Notes: a model not told the origin generated them from the sequence alone. Shown: positions 18,821-27,500, numbered from the stretch's first letter. The stretch: DNA of 64,000 nucleotides from Polyangiales bacterium (GCA_038230375.1 JBBRNJ010000006.1:32001-96000), one strand, 5' to 3'. Numbers and translations are program-made.

Positions 18821-20185
18821 GTGAAGCCATTTCGTGTCGCTTTTCCCGTCGTGTTCGTGATTGTCGCGTCGGTCGCATCGGGCGCATGCAATCGCCAGTC
18901 GGTGGCGCCCGTCCCCGCGATGGATGAGGCGTCGGCGGATGCGGCGGTCGTGGGCAGCACCGCGGATGCAGCACCGCCGCGCGATGCGGGACAGGGGCCC
19001 ATCGGCAAGGCGGGAGGAATCTTCCGCGGCGAGGGCGCGCAGATCATCGTGCCCGAGGATGCGCTCACCACAGACGTCACGTTCAAGATCACGCGCGTCA
19101 CGGGAGACGCGCTCGCCGACTGGCCGCATGGCACGCAGACGGGCTTCGTGTTCGAGCCCGCGAACCAGCGCTTCCGCATTCCGATCACCATCAAGCTGCC
19201 GCACCCCGAAGGCGAGGGCGAAGTGGTCTGCCAGAATCATCCGGGAGACCGCCTCACGTTCCAGTTCGAACCGATGCCGGACCATCGCTTCCCGTTGCAT
19301 GTCGCGCAGCTGCCGCAGCGCTGTGCGGTCTACGCGACCGAGCACGTGCGCGCGCTCCGTGCGCAGCGCGACCGCGAGTCCGGCCAGGTGAAGCGCACGA
19401 ACGACTCGTTCCACTGGGAAATCAAGGGTCGGATCTGCGATCCGCACGAGCTCGTGCGACCCAACGCAGGGAAGGATATTCGCGAGCCGCCGGGGATCGG
19501 TGGTTGTCCCGCTGGCATGGCGCCCATCCCGAACAAGAAGGGCGTGTGCGTCGACCGCTGGGAGGCGCACGTGGTCGAGCTGATGGAGGACGACACGGAG
19601 CACACCTGGAGCCCGTACTTCAACCCAGGCACACTGCGCGTGAAGGCGATGAGCGCGCCGGGCGCGGTCCCGCAGGCGTACATCTCGCAGCTTCAAGCGG
19701 GCGCGGCGTGCGCAGCGGCTCACAAGCGGCTGTGCAACGATGACGAATGGGTGCTCGCGTGCCGTGGCACCAAGAACACGCAGTTCCCGTACGGCAACGA
19801 CGAGAAGCGTGGAACCTGCAACGATCATCGCGACAAGCATCCCGCCGTCGAATACCTGGAGCGTCAGGATCTCTCGGTGTTCACGAAGCTGGAGCATCCG
19901 TGCATCAACCAGGTGCCCGACTCGCTCCTTCCCGCGGGCGACAAGAAGGCGTGCACCAACGGCGACCAGACCGGCGAGTTCGACATGGTGGGCAACCTGC
20001 ACGAATGGACGGCCGACCCCACCGGCCACTTCCGCGGCGGCTACTACGTGGACACGTGGCTCAACGGCCACGGCTGCGACTACGTCACGACGCGACACGA
20101 GGCGCGCTACTGGGACTACTCCACCGGCTTCCGCTGCTGCGCCGACGCGAAGACAGAGCAGTCTCGTGGGCCCGACGGCGGTTGA
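18821..20185 (+). CDS. Lipoprotein with ZU5-like N-terminal region and SUMF1/EgtB/PvdO (FGE-sulfatase) domain
   Basis: IGKAGG..IIVPEDAL (ZU5-like); CPAGM..CVDRWEA; KRLCNDDEW..AC; FPYG; DMVGNLHEW; STGFRCCAD. Confidence 0.8.
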   Translation: MKPFRVAFPVVFVIVASVASGACNRQSVAPVPAMDEASADAAVVGSTADAAPPRDAGQGPIGKAGGIFRGEGAQIIVPEDALTTDVTFKITRVTGDALADWPHGTQTGFVFEPANQRFRIPITIKLPHPEGEGEVVCQNHPGDRLTFQFEPMPDHRFPLHVAQLPQRCAVYATEHVRALRAQRDRESGQVKRTNDSFHWEIKGRICDPHELVRPNAGKDIREPPGIGGCPAGMAPIPNKKGVCVDRWEAHVVELMEDDTEHTWSPYFNPGTLRVKAMSAPGAVPQAYISQLQAGAACAAAHKRLCNDDEWVLACRGTKNTQFPYGNDEKRGTCNDHRDKHPAVEYLERQDLSVFTKLEHPCINQVPDSLLPAGDKKACTNGDQTGEFDMVGNLHEWTADPTGHFRGGYYVDTWLNGHGCDYVTTRHEARYWDYSTGFRCCADAKTEQSRGPDGG

Positions 20186-20197
20186 TCAGGCGACGAC

Positions 20198-21019
20198 TCA
20201 GTTGCTAGCGAGCACGGCCTGCGCTGCCGCCATGCCCACCGACACGGCCTCGCTGTGGTCTTCGTTCTTCTTCACCATCGCGCCCTTGCCGGTGAACGCG
20301 ATGTATGTGACGCCGCTGTCCACGCCGCCGGTGCTCGGGCTGCTGGGAATGCCCAGGCTCTTCGCCATGGCGTACGACGACTCGCCGATGATGGTCTTGG
20401 GGCCGAGGTCCCCGATGATGCCGAACTCCATCTTGCCGTTGTAGATGACGGCGACCACGCTGCCGAGCGCCAGGCCGGAAGCCGTGTAGCTCCACTTGGT
20501 GCCCGCGATGGGGACGACGATGTACGGAAGGATGGACGCGTCGAGCGGGGTGTTCGTGGACGTGTGCGCCGCGGTGTCACCCTGGAAGGATGGGTCCGTG
20601 GCCTTGCTGCACACCGCGGACGAGACGCCGTCGCAGTCGATGTCCATGTCCGCCGTGAAGAACACGGCACCCGTGAGCCCGCACACGTCCACAGTCGTGG
20701 GCGAGCCGACGTCCGTCGAGTACGGGGATGTGGAGATCTTGGTCTTGCACGTCTTCGTCAACGCGAGCAGCTGCGCCGCAGTGACGCCTGAACCTGCGTC
20801 CGCCTTGGAGCCAGAGTCGCCCGCGCCGCTATCCGCGCCCGGTTTCGCGCCGCTGTCCTGCGCGGTCTGGCCCTGTCCCGCATCCGAGGATGATCCATTC
20901 GTGCCGCCGTCGTCGTTCAGTGCGGTGTTCGAGTCGCCGCTGGGCGCGCTCGCATCGCCGCCGCAAGCGACGAGGATGCCGGCGACGAGCGCGATGGAGG
21001 TGAGGACGGAGGAGCGCAA
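20198..21019 (-). CDS. Glycoside hydrolase family 75 chitosanase, lipoprotein
   Basis: Lipobox LVAC; ADMDIDCDG; LDASILPYIVVP; GDLGP..IGESS; VTYIAF. Confidence 0.85.
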   Translation of the reverse strand: MRSSVLTSIALVAGILVACGGDASAPSGDSNTALNDDGGTNGSSSDAGQGQTAQDSGAKPGADSGAGDSGSKADAGSGVTAAQLLALTKTCKTKISTSPYSTDVGSPTTVDVCGLTGAVFFTADMDIDCDGVSSAVCSKATDPSFQGDTAAHTSTNTPLDASILPYIVVPIAGTKWSYTASGLALGSVVAVIYNGKMEFGIIGDLGPKTIIGESSYAMAKSLGIPSSPSTGGVDSGVTYIAFTGKGAMVKKNEDHSEAVSVGMAAAQAVLASN

Positions 21020-22179
21020 GACACGGGCACTCTAGCACCGGCCACCTCATCGCCAAGCACCCCCACGTCGAATGCCACATCCACGAGGGTCAGCTCCACA
21101 TAGGTGAACGTGCTGGCTGTCATGTCCAGACCGCTGCCCTCCTCCCAGCGGGCCGCCCCGGCCGTGCTGACGCGTCGCGTTCCAAACGAGCGGTAATTCT
21201 TCACCGGTGTGGTCCAGCGCGTCCGGGTGAAGGACGTGCCGTCGGCCGATGCCTTGAAGCGATCGTCGGAGCGAAAGTCCGCGAGCTCGCCCTGGTCGTT
21301 GAACACCAGGTCTGCGCTGATTGTCTCCTTGCCCCGCGTGTAGGTCGCGCGGACCGTGCGCGCGTCGATCTCCTCCCAGACAATAGAGCGGTCGATGAGC
21401 ATCGAGGGCGCGAGCAGGCAGAGATCGTTGAACAGCGTGACCGTCTCCCCGCGGTTCATCTCTGGACCCTTCGCGTCCACGACCGTGAAGGTCGACAGCA
21501 GGCGCACGCGAAAGGTCGCTGGCTCACCTTTGAAGCGGTGGAAGACGTCGACCGGTAGACCCTTCATGGTCGCGTCCATGAAGAAGAACCGTGACGGCAC
21601 GCCGTCGAAGAAATCGTACTGCTCAGCGTCGAATGACATCCAGGGCTCCTGAGCGCCTCCGCGGATGCGGCCTGTCCAGCGCGCGCGGACGTTCCGGACC
21701 TGCGGCTGGCCGACGGAGCCGCCGAGGCGAAGGTAGCGCTGCACTGGCGTCGGGAGCCGACGCAGGTCGTCCTCCGTCACAACCCGTGGTGTGCTCGGAG
21801 CGGCGAGAGCCTCACGCACTGCTTCATTGTATTCTGCACGCATACTCATGGGGCCGTGGGACTCGAAGCGGAAGAACACGGCGGACAGGAGGACCACGTT
21901 TGCGAGCGTGCCGAACTTCGCGTCCGACCACGAAGAGATGATCACGAACTGCGACGCCAGGAGTGCGCAGAGACCCACGAGCCAGAACAGCCGCGGGCTC
22001 ATGACGAAAGTCGCCGCCGCTGAGATCATCAGCGACATCGCCCCTAGCCAGAGGAGACCCATCGGGTGCGCGATGGGCGCCTTGAGCTGCGGCAGCTCGG
22101 CGAAACCAAATGCCTTCACGAAGCCCATCACGTGAATCAGCCCGTGCACGGCGAGAATGGAGACGAGCACCCAGCGCAT
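20917..22179 (-). CDS. DUF6544-like membrane-anchored protein
   Basis: HGLIH..GF N-terminal TM hairpins; LPTPVQRYL; ETVTLFNDLCLLAP; FRSDDR; WTTP. The C-terminal tail overlaps the chitosanase start. Confidence 0.7.
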   Translation of the reverse strand: MRWVLVSILAVHGLIHVMGFVKAFGFAELPQLKAPIAHPMGLLWLGAMSLMISAAATFVMSPRLFWLVGLCALLASQFVIISSWSDAKFGTLANVVLLSAVFFRFESHGPMSMRAEYNEAVREALAAPSTPRVVTEDDLRRLPTPVQRYLRLGGSVGQPQVRNVRARWTGRIRGGAQEPWMSFDAEQYDFFDGVPSRFFFMDATMKGLPVDVFHRFKGEPATFRVRLLSTFTVVDAKGPEMNRGETVTLFNDLCLLAPSMLIDRSIVWEEIDARTVRATYTRGKETISADLVFNDQGELADFRSDDRFKASADGTSFTRTRWTTPVKNYRSFGTRRVSTAGAARWEEGSGLDMTASTFTYVELTLVDVAFDVGVLGDEVAGARVPVSCAPPSSPPSRSSPASSSLAAAMRARPAATRTPH

Positions 22180-22327
22180 GTTGGTCTCGCCGAGCATCAA
22201 CCGTGCCGGACAGCGCGGCACGATGCTCCGAGCAGCCCGATGACCGATGCGCAGAACGTGCGTGAGGCATGAAATCGCTTCGCCGCGCGGTCGCCACGCC
22301 GCGCGCTTCTTGATCTACCCTGTTCGC

Positions 22328-23332
22328 ATGCACCGTCTGCCGACACTCACACCGCTCGTCGGACTGCTGGTTCTCGCAGCATGCGCTGGAGGCGGTGCCA
22401 ACGACGCGCCGCGTTCCGCGCAGAATGCGTCCACCACGGTTGCGCGAACGTCGCCGCTCTTCGAGCTTCACAGCGATCCGTGGGTGAACCTGCACCAGCG
22501 GCTTATCGCAGAGGCCACCTCGAACCAGTACTGGCATGCTCCGGTGGGCACCTGCACGTGCGCGATGGACGCGGATGGCAAGGTGCTGCCCGTGTGGGCC
22601 GCCGCCGTCGCGGGATACAAGGCCGATTTCGCGGAGCGCAATCCCGTGTTCGATTCCGGGCTCGTTCGCACCAACCTCACATTTGCCGTCGCGGGCCCGA
22701 GCGCCATGCTCCCGAAGGTCGGCGTGGACGCCGCCGTCGCGAAGTGGATCGAAGGCACCTACGAGCCGTACATGCGCGGCGCATGGCCAGCCGACGACGC
22801 GCGCAACAAGGCGTGGATCGCCGCGGTGGAGCCGCTCATCGCGAAGTGGGGTCGCGAGATCGCGAACGAGCTCGCGAAGCGCTACGGCATCACGTGGCCG
22901 GGCAGACCGATCCGCGTCGAGGTCACGCAGTACGCGGGCTTCGGCGGCGCATACACGACCGGCGATCCGATCCTGACCACGATGTCCAGCGAGGATGCTG
23001 GCTATGCGGGTGATGCGGCGCTCGAGATGCTCTTCCACGAGGCCTCGCACGGGCTCGACACGAACCTCGCGCACGATCTCCAGATGGCGTTCGTGGCCCG
23101 CGGAAAGCGCGAGCCTCGCTCGCTCGACCACGCGATCATCTTCTACACGGCCGGGGAGCTCGCGCGGCGCAGGCTCGGGCCTTCCTATGTTCCGTACGCG
23201 TACAAGCAGGGCGTCTACAAACGCGGCATGGAAAAGTACGAAGCCGCGCTGCGCGCGCACTGGCAACCGTGGCTCGACGATCAGATCGACATGCAAACGG
23301 CCCTTGATCGCCTCGCCGCAAACCTGGAATGA
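22328..23332 (+). CDS. Lipoprotein with HExxH zinc-binding motif (putative metallopeptidase)
   Basis: Lipobox LAAC; GAYT; EMLFHEASH. Confidence 0.65.
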   Translation: MHRLPTLTPLVGLLVLAACAGGGANDAPRSAQNASTTVARTSPLFELHSDPWVNLHQRLIAEATSNQYWHAPVGTCTCAMDADGKVLPVWAAAVAGYKADFAERNPVFDSGLVRTNLTFAVAGPSAMLPKVGVDAAVAKWIEGTYEPYMRGAWPADDARNKAWIAAVEPLIAKWGREIANELAKRYGITWPGRPIRVEVTQYAGFGGAYTTGDPILTTMSSEDAGYAGDAALEMLFHEASHGLDTNLAHDLQMAFVARGKREPRSLDHAIIFYTAGELARRRLGPSYVPYAYKQGVYKRGMEKYEAALRAHWQPWLDDQIDMQTALDRLAANLE

Positions 23333-23388
23333 ACGCGTGAATGTGCGCCCCTTTCGCGCGGGGCGGGAAGGGCCTACGACTACGGACC

Positions 23389-24093
23389 ATGACAACCAAG
23401 AAGGTGTGCGTCGTCGTGGGAGTGGGGCCAGGAAACGGCGCGGCGCTCGGCCGTCGCTTCGCGAAGGAGGGCTATGCGGTCGCGCTCCTCGCACGAACGC
23501 AGGAGACCAGCGGGCCACTGGCGAAGAGCCTTCCGGATGCGCGCGCCTATACCTGCGACGTCACGGATGACGCGCAGATCGCGAGCGTGTTCGAGGCGAT
23601 CACGAGGGAGATGGGGCCCGTGCACACGCTGGTCTACAACGCCGGTTCCGGCTCGTGGGGCACCGTGGAGGACGTGGAGCCCGCAGCGCTCCTGGGCGCT
23701 CTTCGTGTGAACGCGCTCGGGCTGATGGTGGCGGCGAAGAAGGTCATCCCGGAGATGAAGGGGCAGGGCGGCGGCAACATCGTCGTCATCGGCGCGACGT
23801 CATCGCGCAGGGGCATGGCGCGCACGGCTGGCTTCGCGCCCGCAAAGGCCGCACAGAAGAGCCTCACCGAGTCCATGGCCCGTCACCTGTGGCCGCAGAA
23901 CATCCACGTGTCGCTCATCATCGTGGACGGCGTGGTCGATCTCCCGCGCACGCGCACCATGATGAAGGACAAGCCAGACGATTTCTTCATCGCGCCCGAT
24001 GATCTCGCGGACACGGCGTTCCATCTGACGACGCAGCCGCGTTCGGCGTGGTCCTTCGAGGTGGAGGCACGCCCGTTCAAGGAGACATGGTAG
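23389..24093 (+). CDS. SDR family oxidoreductase
   Basis: VVGVGPGNG, YNAG, GATSSRRG, AKAAQKSL and IVDGVVD motifs. Confidence 0.9.
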   Translation: MTTKKVCVVVGVGPGNGAALGRRFAKEGYAVALLARTQETSGPLAKSLPDARAYTCDVTDDAQIASVFEAITREMGPVHTLVYNAGSGSWGTVEDVEPAALLGALRVNALGLMVAAKKVIPEMKGQGGGNIVVIGATSSRRGMARTAGFAPAKAAQKSLTESMARHLWPQNIHVSLIIVDGVVDLPRTRTMMKDKPDDFFIAPDDLADTAFHLTTQPRSAWSFEVEARPFKETW

Positions 24094-24115
24094 AAAATTC
24101 CGGGGAGCTCACATC

Positions 24116-24631
24116 ATGACGTATCGAACCGGTCCGGCCGCCGCTCCGCTGATCACTTGCCTTGCTGGCTATCTTGTCGCGCTCGACCCGGAGCGTGGCA
24201 CGGAGCTGTGGTCGCATGCGCTCGACCGTTCGCCGGGCCGCGCGCTTCACGTGGGCGACACATTCTTTCTGGCGACGCGTGCCGCCGGACGCGGGGAGCC
24301 TTCGGACCTCCTGGTCTTCGATGCACGTACTGGAGCTCTGCGCGCCGACAACAGCCTGGGTTTCCAGGTCACCGCCGCGCTCGCACACCAGAACCGCGTA
24401 TACCTGGGTGGAGTCGACGGCCTGGTGGGGCTCACCGGCGACGGGGCGATCCTGTTCCGCTACGTCCTCGAGGTGCGAGAGAAGAGCGCATGGAACGGCG
24501 ACCAGCACGACGTCGTCCACTACGACGGTCGTGCTGTGGAGCTGGCCAGAAAACCGCAGAACGGCAGGAGTTCGTTCGACGGATTGCTCGTCCTCGGCGA
24601 CCTCACGAGCCAGCCGGATTTCGACAGCTGA
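24116..24631 (+). CDS. PQQ-like beta-propeller repeat protein
   Basis: LVALDPERGTELWS and VFDARTGAL blade motifs. Confidence 0.6.
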   Translation: MTYRTGPAAAPLITCLAGYLVALDPERGTELWSHALDRSPGRALHVGDTFFLATRAAGRGEPSDLLVFDARTGALRADNSLGFQVTAALAHQNRVYLGGVDGLVGLTGDGAILFRYVLEVREKSAWNGDQHDVVHYDGRAVELARKPQNGRSSFDGLLVLGDLTSQPDFDS

Positions 24632-24658
24632 CGGCCTTCGAGACGCCGCAACCGCCGC

Positions 24659-25108
24659 TCAAGTCGCGGGCGGCTCTGACTGCTTGGCGGCATCGCGTGC
24701 GAGCTCGATGAGCCAGTTCTTGTCCTCAGGATCCTTCGTGAGCTTGGCTGCCTTCTTGAAGCCGACAGCCGCTGCACGGTAGAGCGCGCGTGCACGGCGC
24801 TGCTTCTTCTCGTCGCGCGTGCGCGTGGCGAGCATCTCGCAGGTCTTTGCAAGCGTGGTCCACGTGGACTTGTGCTCCGGGACCAGGCGCGTTGCTTTGC
24901 GTGCATAGTACAACGCACGCGCCGCTGATTTTCTGCGCGCCCAGCCACGCGCGAGCTCCTCCGCAACGACCGCGGCATCGTCGGGGACGCCGGTGCCCAG
25001 CGCGATCGCATATGCCTCCTCGAGCTTCGCGACCGCGCTCTTCGGATCGCTCTTCATCGACGCGGCTGCTTCCTTGAGGAGGCGGGCGATGTCTTCGTGG
25101 GCGCTCAT
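24659..25108 (-). CDS. Hypothetical alpha-helical (TPR-like) protein downstream of rtcB
   Basis: 149-aa Ala/Lys/Arg-rich helical ORF with typical codon usage, co-oriented with rtcB. Confidence 0.65.
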   Translation of the reverse strand: MSAHEDIARLLKEAAASMKSDPKSAVAKLEEAYAIALGTGVPDDAAVVAEELARGWARRKSAARALYYARKATRLVPEHKSTWTTLAKTCEMLATRTRDEKKQRRARALYRAAAVGFKKAAKLTKDPEDKNWLIELARDAAKQSEPPAT

Positions 25109-25189
25109 CCGGCGCCCCTCGTGAGGTGGCTCATGGAGGACCCATTCTACGCCAAGGATGCGTGCGCGCGCGACCCCCGCTGTGATGTG

Positions 25190-26596
25190 TCAGTCCATGC
25201 CCTTCATGTTCGCCACCGGGTAGAGGCGGTGCGCGACCTTTGCGATACCCTCCGCCTCGAGCACGCCAAGCACGTCGTCCAGGTTCTTGTAGACGTGCGC
25301 GCACTCGTCGAGTGGCGTCTTCTTGGTGTTGCCCACGATGCCCGTGATCTCGACGCCGCCGAGCGTGCGCGTGACGTCGCGCATCTCGCGATCAATCTCG
25401 CGCTGCTTGGGCGCGAGCTCGCGCTTGGCCGTGCCGCGCGCCATCTGACGTCCTGACCCGTGGTTCACCGAGAAGCCCGAGCGCGATGCGCCCGGCTGCG
25501 CGAAGAGGATCGCGGCGCCCTCGTACATGGATCCCGGGATGAGGCACGGGTGCCCCGTCTTCTCCCATGCACCGCCTACGAGATCCGGATGACCCGCCGG
25601 GAACGCGCGCGTGGCGCCCTTGCGGTGCACGAAGCCGCGCTTCGTGGTCCCGTCGGGGAGCACGAGGGTCTCCTGCTGCACCAGGTTGTGAGAGATCTCG
25701 TAGTAGACAACGCCCTCCTTCGCGAACACGTTTTGCAGCGCCTCCTGCACGCCGCGCACGATGATGTGGCGGTTCGCAACGGCGTAGTTCGCGGCGCTGT
25801 TGTGGTGCGCCCAGTACTCGCGGCCCAGCGGTTCGTCCATGCGGAGCCAGCTGTCCTCGCGCCGGTTCTTGGGCAGGCCGCGCACTGCAGCGCCCTCGTA
25901 GAAGTAGTGGTTCGCGGTCTGCCAGCCGTAGCCGCGCGAGCCGCAGTGGATCATCACCCACACCTCGCCGGTGTCGCGCTCGACCTGCATCTCGATGAAG
26001 TGGTTGCCGCCGCCCACGGAGCCGAGCTGCGGCACGACCTTGTCGTACGCGCGCCGGATCCTGCTGGTGTCGAGATCGTCCGGCACCTCGATGTACTGGC
26101 GCTCGCACAGATCGGCTGAGACGCCGAGCGCCTTCGCGCCGTGACGGAGGATGTCTTCTGCCTTGCTCCACGAGAAGCGCGGCATGAGCGACGGACGCCC
26201 GGAGCCCACGCCCGTGGCCACGCGCTTCTCGACCTCGTCGATCCAGCGCGCGCGACGCTCCCAGTCGGCCACGTGCTCCGCAGCCAGGCCCGGCACGCGC
26301 ATGTAGAGGACGCCGCACGAGATGTCGTAGCCAGAGCCCGCCTGGATGATCGTGTCCTCGGTGACGACGACGCAGCCCACAGGCACGCCGTACCCCGAGT
26401 GCGCATCCGGCATGAGGTACGCGCCGATCACGCCCTCGTAGGAGGCAGCGCTCGCGAGCTGGTGCCACATCGCCTCCTCGGTGCGCTCGTAGAGGGCCTC
26501 CGAGAAGAACGCGTGAGCGTCCACGCGCATCTTTGCCGTGCGCGGCAGCACGTAGTGGTTGTCGGAGATTTTCTGGGCGAAATATTTGAGAGACAT
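25190..26596 (-). CDS. rtcB: RtcB RNA 2',3'-cyclic phosphate/3'-phosphate--5'-OH ligase
   Basis: MPDAHSGYGVPVG, GYDISCG, GNHFIE, IHCGSRG, HN, HRKGAT, PGSM, HGSGR and DECAHVYK motifs all present. Confidence 0.95.
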   Translation of the reverse strand: MSLKYFAQKISDNHYVLPRTAKMRVDAHAFFSEALYERTEEAMWHQLASAASYEGVIGAYLMPDAHSGYGVPVGCVVVTEDTIIQAGSGYDISCGVLYMRVPGLAAEHVADWERRARWIDEVEKRVATGVGSGRPSLMPRFSWSKAEDILRHGAKALGVSADLCERQYIEVPDDLDTSRIRRAYDKVVPQLGSVGGGNHFIEMQVERDTGEVWVMIHCGSRGYGWQTANHYFYEGAAVRGLPKNRREDSWLRMDEPLGREYWAHHNSAANYAVANRHIIVRGVQEALQNVFAKEGVVYYEISHNLVQQETLVLPDGTTKRGFVHRKGATRAFPAGHPDLVGGAWEKTGHPCLIPGSMYEGAAILFAQPGASRSGFSVNHGSGRQMARGTAKRELAPKQREIDREMRDVTRTLGGVEITGIVGNTKKTPLDECAHVYKNLDDVLGVLEAEGIAKVAHRLYPVANMKGMD

Positions 26597-26658
26597 GGGC
26601 TTGCTCGAAGGATGAATGATGCACGAATAAGCGGAAAACGCAGCGCCAATCAGATCAG

Positions 26659-26745
26659 CGGAAGCCGGGTGAATCGAACACCATGCCCCGATGGGGCACG
26701 CACTGGTTAGCGGCCAGGCTCACGGCCATCCGTGATTCAACTTCC
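26659..26745 (-). tRNA. tRNA-Ser(GCT), non-canonical 8/4 fold, no encoded CCA
   Basis: Acceptor GGAAGTTG/CGGCTTCC; D-stem TCACGG/CCGTGA; anticodon arm CTGG-CCGCTAA-CCAG; long variable arm; T-arm GGTG-TTCGATT-CACC; G discriminator. Confidence 0.8.
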
Positions 26746-26746
26746 G

Positions 26747-26836
26747 TGGCGGAAGCCGGAGGACTCGCACCTCACGCAGCATGAGCCGCGCGCACTGCTT
26801 TCGAAGCAGGCTCGATCCTCGATCGATTCGTCTTCC
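26747..26836 (-). tRNA. tRNA-Ser(CGA), non-canonical 8/4 fold, CCA encoded
   Basis: Acceptor GGAAGACG/CGGCTTCC (one A-G mismatch); D-stem TCGATC/GATCGA; CTGC-TTCGAAA-GCAG; long variable arm; T-arm GAGG-TGCGAGT-CCTC; ends GCCA. Confidence 0.8.
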
Positions 26837-26881
26837 ATGGGGTCAATGTCGAAGTCGAAGTCTACGTCGGCGGTGATGCGG

Positions 26882-26953
26882 TCTCCCCGCCAGGAATCGA
26901 ACCTGGACAACCGGCTTCGTAGACCGATGCTCGGACTCCACCGAGACAAGGAG
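26882..26953 (-). tRNA. tRNA-Arg(ACG), divergent
   Basis: Acceptor CTCCTTG/CGGGGAG; anticodon arm TCGGT-CTACGAA-GCCGG; T-arm CCAGG-TTCGATT-CCTGG. Confidence 0.8.
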
Positions 26954-26971
26954 GAAGTGACGCGAAAGAAG

Positions 26972-27042
26972 TGGAACCGGCGAGACTCGAACTCGCATCG
27001 CCTGGGTGCAAACCAAGCATTCTCCCGTTGAAATACGATCCC
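26972..27042 (-). tRNA. tRNA-Ala(TGC)
   Basis: Acceptor GGGATCG/CGGTTCC with the G3-U70 Ala determinant; CTTGG-TTTGCAC-CCAGG; T-arm GCGAG-TTCGAGT-CTCGC; A73. Confidence 0.85.
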
Positions 27043-27043
27043 G

Positions 27044-27116
27044 TGGCGGGTCGCGAAGGAATCGAACCTTCTCTGCGAGTGTTGGAAGCTCGTTGGTCAC
27101 CATGACTCTGCGGCCC
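27044..27116 (-). tRNA. tRNA-Trp(CCA), divergent, CCA encoded
   Basis: Acceptor GGGCCGC/GCGACCC (one C-A mismatch); minimal D-arm GTCA-TGG-TGAC; CGAGC-TTCCAAC-ACTCG; T-arm GAAGG-TTCGATT-CCTTC; ends GCCA (G73). Confidence 0.7.
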
Positions 27117-27135
27117 ATGCGCGCGTTGCGCTCCG

Positions 27136-27209
27136 CGCCCCTGGCGGGATTCGCGCCCGCGTTTTCCGGTTGAAGGCCGGACATCCTGAGCTCGCTAGAA
27201 GACAGGGGC
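27136..27209 (-). tRNA. tRNA-Glu(TTC), divergent
   Basis: Perfect acceptor GCCCCTG/CAGGGGC; TCCGG-CCTTCAA-CCGGA; T-arm GCGGG-CGCGAAT-CCCGC. Confidence 0.75.
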
Positions 27210-27257
27210 ATTGAGCGGAGCGAGCGACGTTGCTCGCGTCCGCGATGATTGGCACTG

Positions 27258-27271
27258 GTTTTCAAGGAACA
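27258..27271 (-). promoter_or_regulatory. boxA-like Nus antitermination element
   Basis: Minus strand reads TGTTCCTTGAAAAC, about 50 nt upstream of the first tRNA. Resembles rRNA-operon boxA (GTTCTTTGAAAA-type). Confidence 0.6.
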
Positions 27272-27459
27272 GCCGCGGGGAGGCGCCACGGACGAAAGTA
27301 CGAATTGAAGACAAAACTATCGCGTTTGATTGCGCGATTTGATGCACCATCAATTATCGAATGAACGTGCGAGCGAGTCCGGCGGGCGAGGGCCCTGTCC
27401 GGGCGGACCAACTACAGAGACGGGAGAGGCATCAACGCGGCGGTCCAGGTGCGTGAGCT

Positions 27460-27500
27460 ACAAAGCGACGAAGGCCGCCTGGGTATCCCGGGCGGCCTTC
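27460..27500 (-). terminator. Attenuator terminator-like hairpin
   Basis: GAAGGCCGCCCGGG-ATA-CCCAGGCGGCCTTC (13 of 14 bp on the minus strand) followed by GTCGCTTTGT. The U-tract is weak. Confidence 0.6.

Noticed and set aside
20917..21019. Functional 103-nt same-strand overlap of the DUF6544-like gene and the chitosanase
   Set aside because: The overlapping tail is low-complexity and most likely reflects a lost stop codon rather than dual coding.
26659..26836. tRNA-Sec (selC) or suppressor call
   Set aside because: The GGAAG start and long D-stem resemble selC, but the anticodons are GCT and CGA, the T-stems are 4 bp, and no sel genes are in the window.
27044..27116. Reading this tRNA as Gly(TCC)
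   Set aside because: Symmetric stem placement (CGAGC/ACTCG) centres CCA in the loop, and G73 fits Trp; bacterial tRNA-Gly has U73.
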